Below are positions 59,646 to 64,000 of a stretch of DNA of 64,000 bases, piece by piece. Origin of the DNA: Chrysomallon squamiferum (taxonomy: Eukaryota; Animalia; Mollusca); NCBI GenBank assembly GCA_012295275.1, contig CM022668.1, positions 9,548,001 to 9,612,000 of the forward strand, written 5' to 3'. Positions within the stretch are counted from its first letter, which is position 1; the number at the start of each line of letters is the position of its first letter. A program made the position numbers and the translations under genes. Under the pieces are notes generated by a model. That model saw only the letters and a list, made by a program, of their open reading frames with translations. It had not been told where the DNA came from and searched no databases.

Positions 59646-60280
59646 TCTGCGTATATGCATATATATGTCATTGTTGTGGTAGTAGTATCTTTTTGTTATT
59701 TTTCTTTAAATGTTTTCTTTAGCTCCATTTTACTGTTTTAAGTCTGTTTGTCTAACCTCGTTTTTTTTTCTGGTTTTTTTCTCCTTGTATTATCTTCTTC
59801 GTTCATTTTTCACCTATAGAAAAAACGTTGGCAATAGTCTGTATTTACATAACGCGGTTATTTCCCTTGCATTGCATCATACAGTTTGAATGGGTAATTG
59901 TTTTGCAGTGAATCTAGACAAAACCAGGCAGGACAAGAAAGGAAAGACAAAACAAAACAACACAGAGAGACCAAAATAGAAAAACAATTTGTTAGACAGA
60001 GAAACAGAAAGACAGACAGAGGAAAACACAGAAATAAACAGCAGCTGTTGAGACACACAAACAGGCTTAGATAAAGACAAATACAGACATTCTTAGACAG
60101 ACAGTCAGACAAACAGATTTTGATAGAGATAAATCGTCAGATATATTAACAGATATGATTTGAAAGATGAGTGAAGAGATAGATAGTTGGCAAATAGAGA
60201 GAAACATACAGATACGTTTCGATTGATAGACTGACAGACAGACTGACAGAGAGGTACATACCTACATATATAGATGCTAA

Positions 60281-60363
<83 letters not shown>

Positions 60364-61432
60364 CGTGTATTATAAAGTGACAGGAAAAATATCAGCCACT
60401 GACGGACAAAGGGGACTGAACACAAACAAGCCCAGCTCAAGGATTTTTAGATAAAACAACAAAATATCAAACTGTCTTCATTGCTTTCCGCTGACAATAA
60501 CTCATTCACATCCATCTGCATTATTAAAATGTCGACAGTGACAAATGGCTGGCTGGACGTTCGTAATATCCAACAACCGCGCACAACCAGACGACATGTT
60601 GTTAGTCCCGTCATGCTTTGCGGCAATTCATTTCTTTTATCTGCCGTCTCGCGTGTGCATTTCAGATGTGAAAAGAAGCACGGGGAATTACTGCTTGTCA
60701 GTAATTTCACATCACACAAAGTTTTATTCAATTTGCTCCCAGGAAACCTGATGTGAATCTGAACTTTGAAATTTCTCCGGCGAATTTCTTCGCTGATGCA
60801 TTTCTGATTTCTCAGATGTTGTTCTCGGGTTGTTGAATGTTTAGATTCAGGAATCGAGCAAATTGTATGAAATATGCACACGTGTGTGTGTGTACACATA
60901 CATACATACTAAGACATCATACGACATACAAACACAGAGACACACATACTACATACACACAACATATTCCCAAGATACACACAGACATACATACTGAGAC
61001 GCACATACCAACACAACGCACACATGCGTACAACATACTCACACAGACACACATACAAATACAAAACACAACATACTCACATATACAAAAACAATACACA
61101 TCAAACACACAACATACTCACAAAGACAAACAAAACAAACACACAACACAGGTACATTCACGCGCATTTTAAACAACTACAATTTCACCTCCATAATTCT
61201 ACATATTTTCTTCATTTATCGATTAAACGTCAAACCGTTTCTTTATCTTTTCATTACACACATACGTCCCTTTAATTATTCCCAGTTTTACAATAAAACC
61301 ACGGAACTGACAAAGTAATTAATTTCAATATAAAAAGTTTCACGCTGTGTCTAAGTGTACATGTTTTAAATGGTTAACTGAACACATATTTTGTGTTGAA
61401 CATTTGAACTGAAAACACATGACCATAAAACC

Positions 61433-61846
61433 GACATTGCGCACTTGTGTTGAACTTATTCCAAACATCGGACCTTGCGCACGGTCCAAAATCACAGTGC
61501 GACCATGTCCAAACATCTGACATTGCGCACCTGTCCAAACATCTGACATTGCGCACCTGTCCAAACATGTTGCCAAAAGAACCGACATTGCGCACTTGTC
61601 CAAACATCTGACATTGCGCACCTGTCCAAACATCTGACATTGCGCACCTGTCCAAACATCTGACATTGCGCACCTGTCCAAACATCTGACATTGCGCACC
61701 TGTCCAAACATCTGACATTGCGCACCTGTCCAAACATCTGACATTGCGCACCTGTCGAAACATCTGACATGGCGCACTTGTCCAAACATCTGACATTGCG
61801 CACCTGTCCAAGCATCTGACATTGCGCACTTGTCCAAACTGACATC
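61433..61846. repeat. Minisatellite, 26-bp unit, about 13 intact copies plus degenerate left copies
   Basis: TGTCCAAACATCTGACATTGCGCACC in tandem. Confidence 0.97.
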
Positions 61847-61912
61847 CATCTTTCAGACAACTTTAACATAAAATCAGTTCAACAATCGCAGTCAAGTTTA
61901 ATGCAAAGTACT

Positions 61913-61990
61913 CAGTGGCGCCCCCTTACAATTTGTGACCTTTTTAAAGTGGCGCCCCCTTCAAATGGCGCCCATTGCACGTCCCATACC
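61913..61990. mobile_element. TGGCGCCC triple-motif fragment, probable DNA-transposon/MITE remnant
   Basis: AGTGGCGCCCCCTT occurs twice and ATGGCGCCC once within 65 bp, next to the 26-bp array. Confidence 0.3.
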
Positions 61991-62474
61991 TTTTATACCT
62001 TAGCTGTATCACTGATCGATATGTATACACACAACTGTATGGTTGAGAATATTCGTTGTGAATGTACTGCAGTATGTGTCTCTTTGTACAGTGTGTGTGT
62101 GAGTGAACGAGTGAGTGGGTTTTTGTATGTGTTTATATGTGTGTTTGGATTACTTGTGTTTGATGTTTCTGTCTGTGTGTATGAGTATGATATGTATGTG
62201 TGTGTATCCATATGTGTGTGAATTGTACCTGTGTGCGTGTATATTTGTGCATATCTGTATGTATGTATGTATGTGTATATTTATGTATATATGTACATGT
62301 GTGTATGTATGTATGTATGTATATTTGTAATTGAATGTATATGTATGATGAATATATATATAGAGAGTGATCTAACTTGGTCCTCCTGCGCCAGTGCATT
62401 CCTGATAACTTTGTGTGCAGTCTATTCAGACATACTCAAAATAACAGAATATTCATTCCTAAATAAATACATAC

Positions 62475-62538
<64 letters not shown>

Positions 62539-63346
62539 AACGTGTTACACACACGCACGTGTTTGTACATATATATATTCTTGTATTTAGATATTTCCTT
62601 TTGTACTCTACATTACAAATACACACAACCACTCATATATAAATTTAAAAATAAAATAAATTAAATTTTTTTTAAAAAGCCGCACTGAATTTACGAAGTT
62701 CATTTTAATCTATATTATTATAATACTGTTACCTGAGACGTGAAATTGATCATGTGAAAACATTTATCAAACAAATTCAGGTATGAGCGCTAGTAACAGG
62801 TGGTTTTGCATTATTAGGTCAGGGGACGTGACAGTTGAGATACGGGGTGGGGGGCGCGAGAGTGGAGAGGGGAGGGGGTGCACTCTGGAAACGAAACGAA
62901 ACAAAACTTCAGCGTCTTGAAGGCTGAAATCTTCTCCCAGTTGATTTGTTATAGGAGTTTTTTTTTTTTATCTGTTAGGTGCTGTAGTTTCTCGTAGACT
63001 AGGTCAAGGGTTCAGGGGCGCATATGTTATGAAGTTAATGAAGTTTGAAGTTTAAATGAAGTTTAAACTTCAAGGCCACTAATCCAGAACTAGTTTCAGA
63101 AGCGTATGTAGTCCATATTCCTTTAAAATTTTTATTTCTAAACTGAGATGCCGTGGTTGAATTTTTACAACATTTATGGTGATTTGTCACGGAAGAAGTC
63201 TTCAGAAGAAGGAAACAGAGGTTACCCACACCTCGTTACTGCTTGCGAAGGGTCCAAAGAGCAGATAAAGCTGTTTAAATCGCACCCTTAACCCACCCAA
63301 AATATTACACTTAAATAATGTAATTTGACGTATTTTGTCGTTGTCG

Positions 63347-63377
<31 letters not shown>

Positions 63378-63494
63378 CATTGTTATTATTATTATTATTA
63401 TTATTATCGTCATCATCATTATCACTATTATTATTATTGTCATCATTATTGTTATTATTATAATAATCATCATCATCATCATCATCATCATCAC

Positions 63495-63535
<41 letters not shown>

Positions 63536-64000
63536 CAGTGTTTCTGATAACTGTCTGGGTCTATATCCTTCTGTCTGTCAGTTTGTAAATCTACATCTCT
63601 GTATCTGTCTGTCTATCTTTGTCACTGCTATCTGTCTGTTCTATCCATCCATTTTACTATACATGTGTCTGTATGTATGTGTATTTCTATTCGTGTATCA
63701 TCTATCTGTAGTCATTTTTAACATCTATATCTCTATGATGTGTATCTAAACATATGTCTGTTTATCTATGTAGGTTTGTAACCTCGCGTATTTTCCTGTC
63801 TGTTTTTATCTCTGTGTATTTGTATTTCTTTTTTCTGTCAGTGTGACGGCCTACTATTCTGAAACACACGAAAATATACCGTGTGAAAATTGCTCTCAAA
63901 AATAAAAGTCATGATTCATTAATAACTCTTCGTAAAATTAGACTAATTAACAGCATGACCTCGATGATTGGGTAGTAAATGAAAAAAATACAAAAAAAAA

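Noticed and set aside
61340-61869. Cys-rich repetitive ORFs resembling metallothionein-like proteins
   Set aside because: All three frames give the same cycling peptide because the unit is 26 bp; a translation artefact of the minisatellite.
63148-63292. Short plus-strand frames near the window end (MPWLNFY..., MVICHGRSLQKKETE)
   Set aside because: The only donor is the weak GTTACC, and there is no similarity to exons A-C or a known domain.

Overview
Eukaryotic (animal) genomic DNA: AT-rich, with GT-AG introns and dense microsatellites and minisatellites. The protein architecture and one SINE-like remnant suggest a mollusc, probably a gastropod (inference). Nearly all ORF-track entries are repeat artefacts. 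One complete gene can be spliced by hand: a 4-exon, 255-aa secreted protein on the minus strand (46250-43199) with a signal peptide, a PAN/apple domain, two short Cys-rich modules and a second PAN/apple domain. It appears to be nested antisense inside a long intron of a plus-strand gene whose body is not identifiable in this window. Evidence for that host: three short, apparently homologous ATG-initiated exons (11125, 11951, 36180) share the start context GAC(C)A(G/A)G-ATG-AAY, encode MN..VxV..K..DxE and end at a phase-0 GAG|GT donor; a fourth, unrelated phase-0 candidate lies at 57660; and a textbook recursive splice site (branch point, pyrimidine tract, CAG|GTAAGT) lies at 47420. That site is followed by a 43-nt RS-exon whose downstream donor is buried in a perfect 9-bp hairpin. 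The rest is tandem repeats (24, 26, 27, 28, 37 and 44-bp units), local duplications, MITE/SINE remnants and CpG-rich islands with clustered transcription-factor motifs. No rRNA, tRNA or CRISPR array was found.
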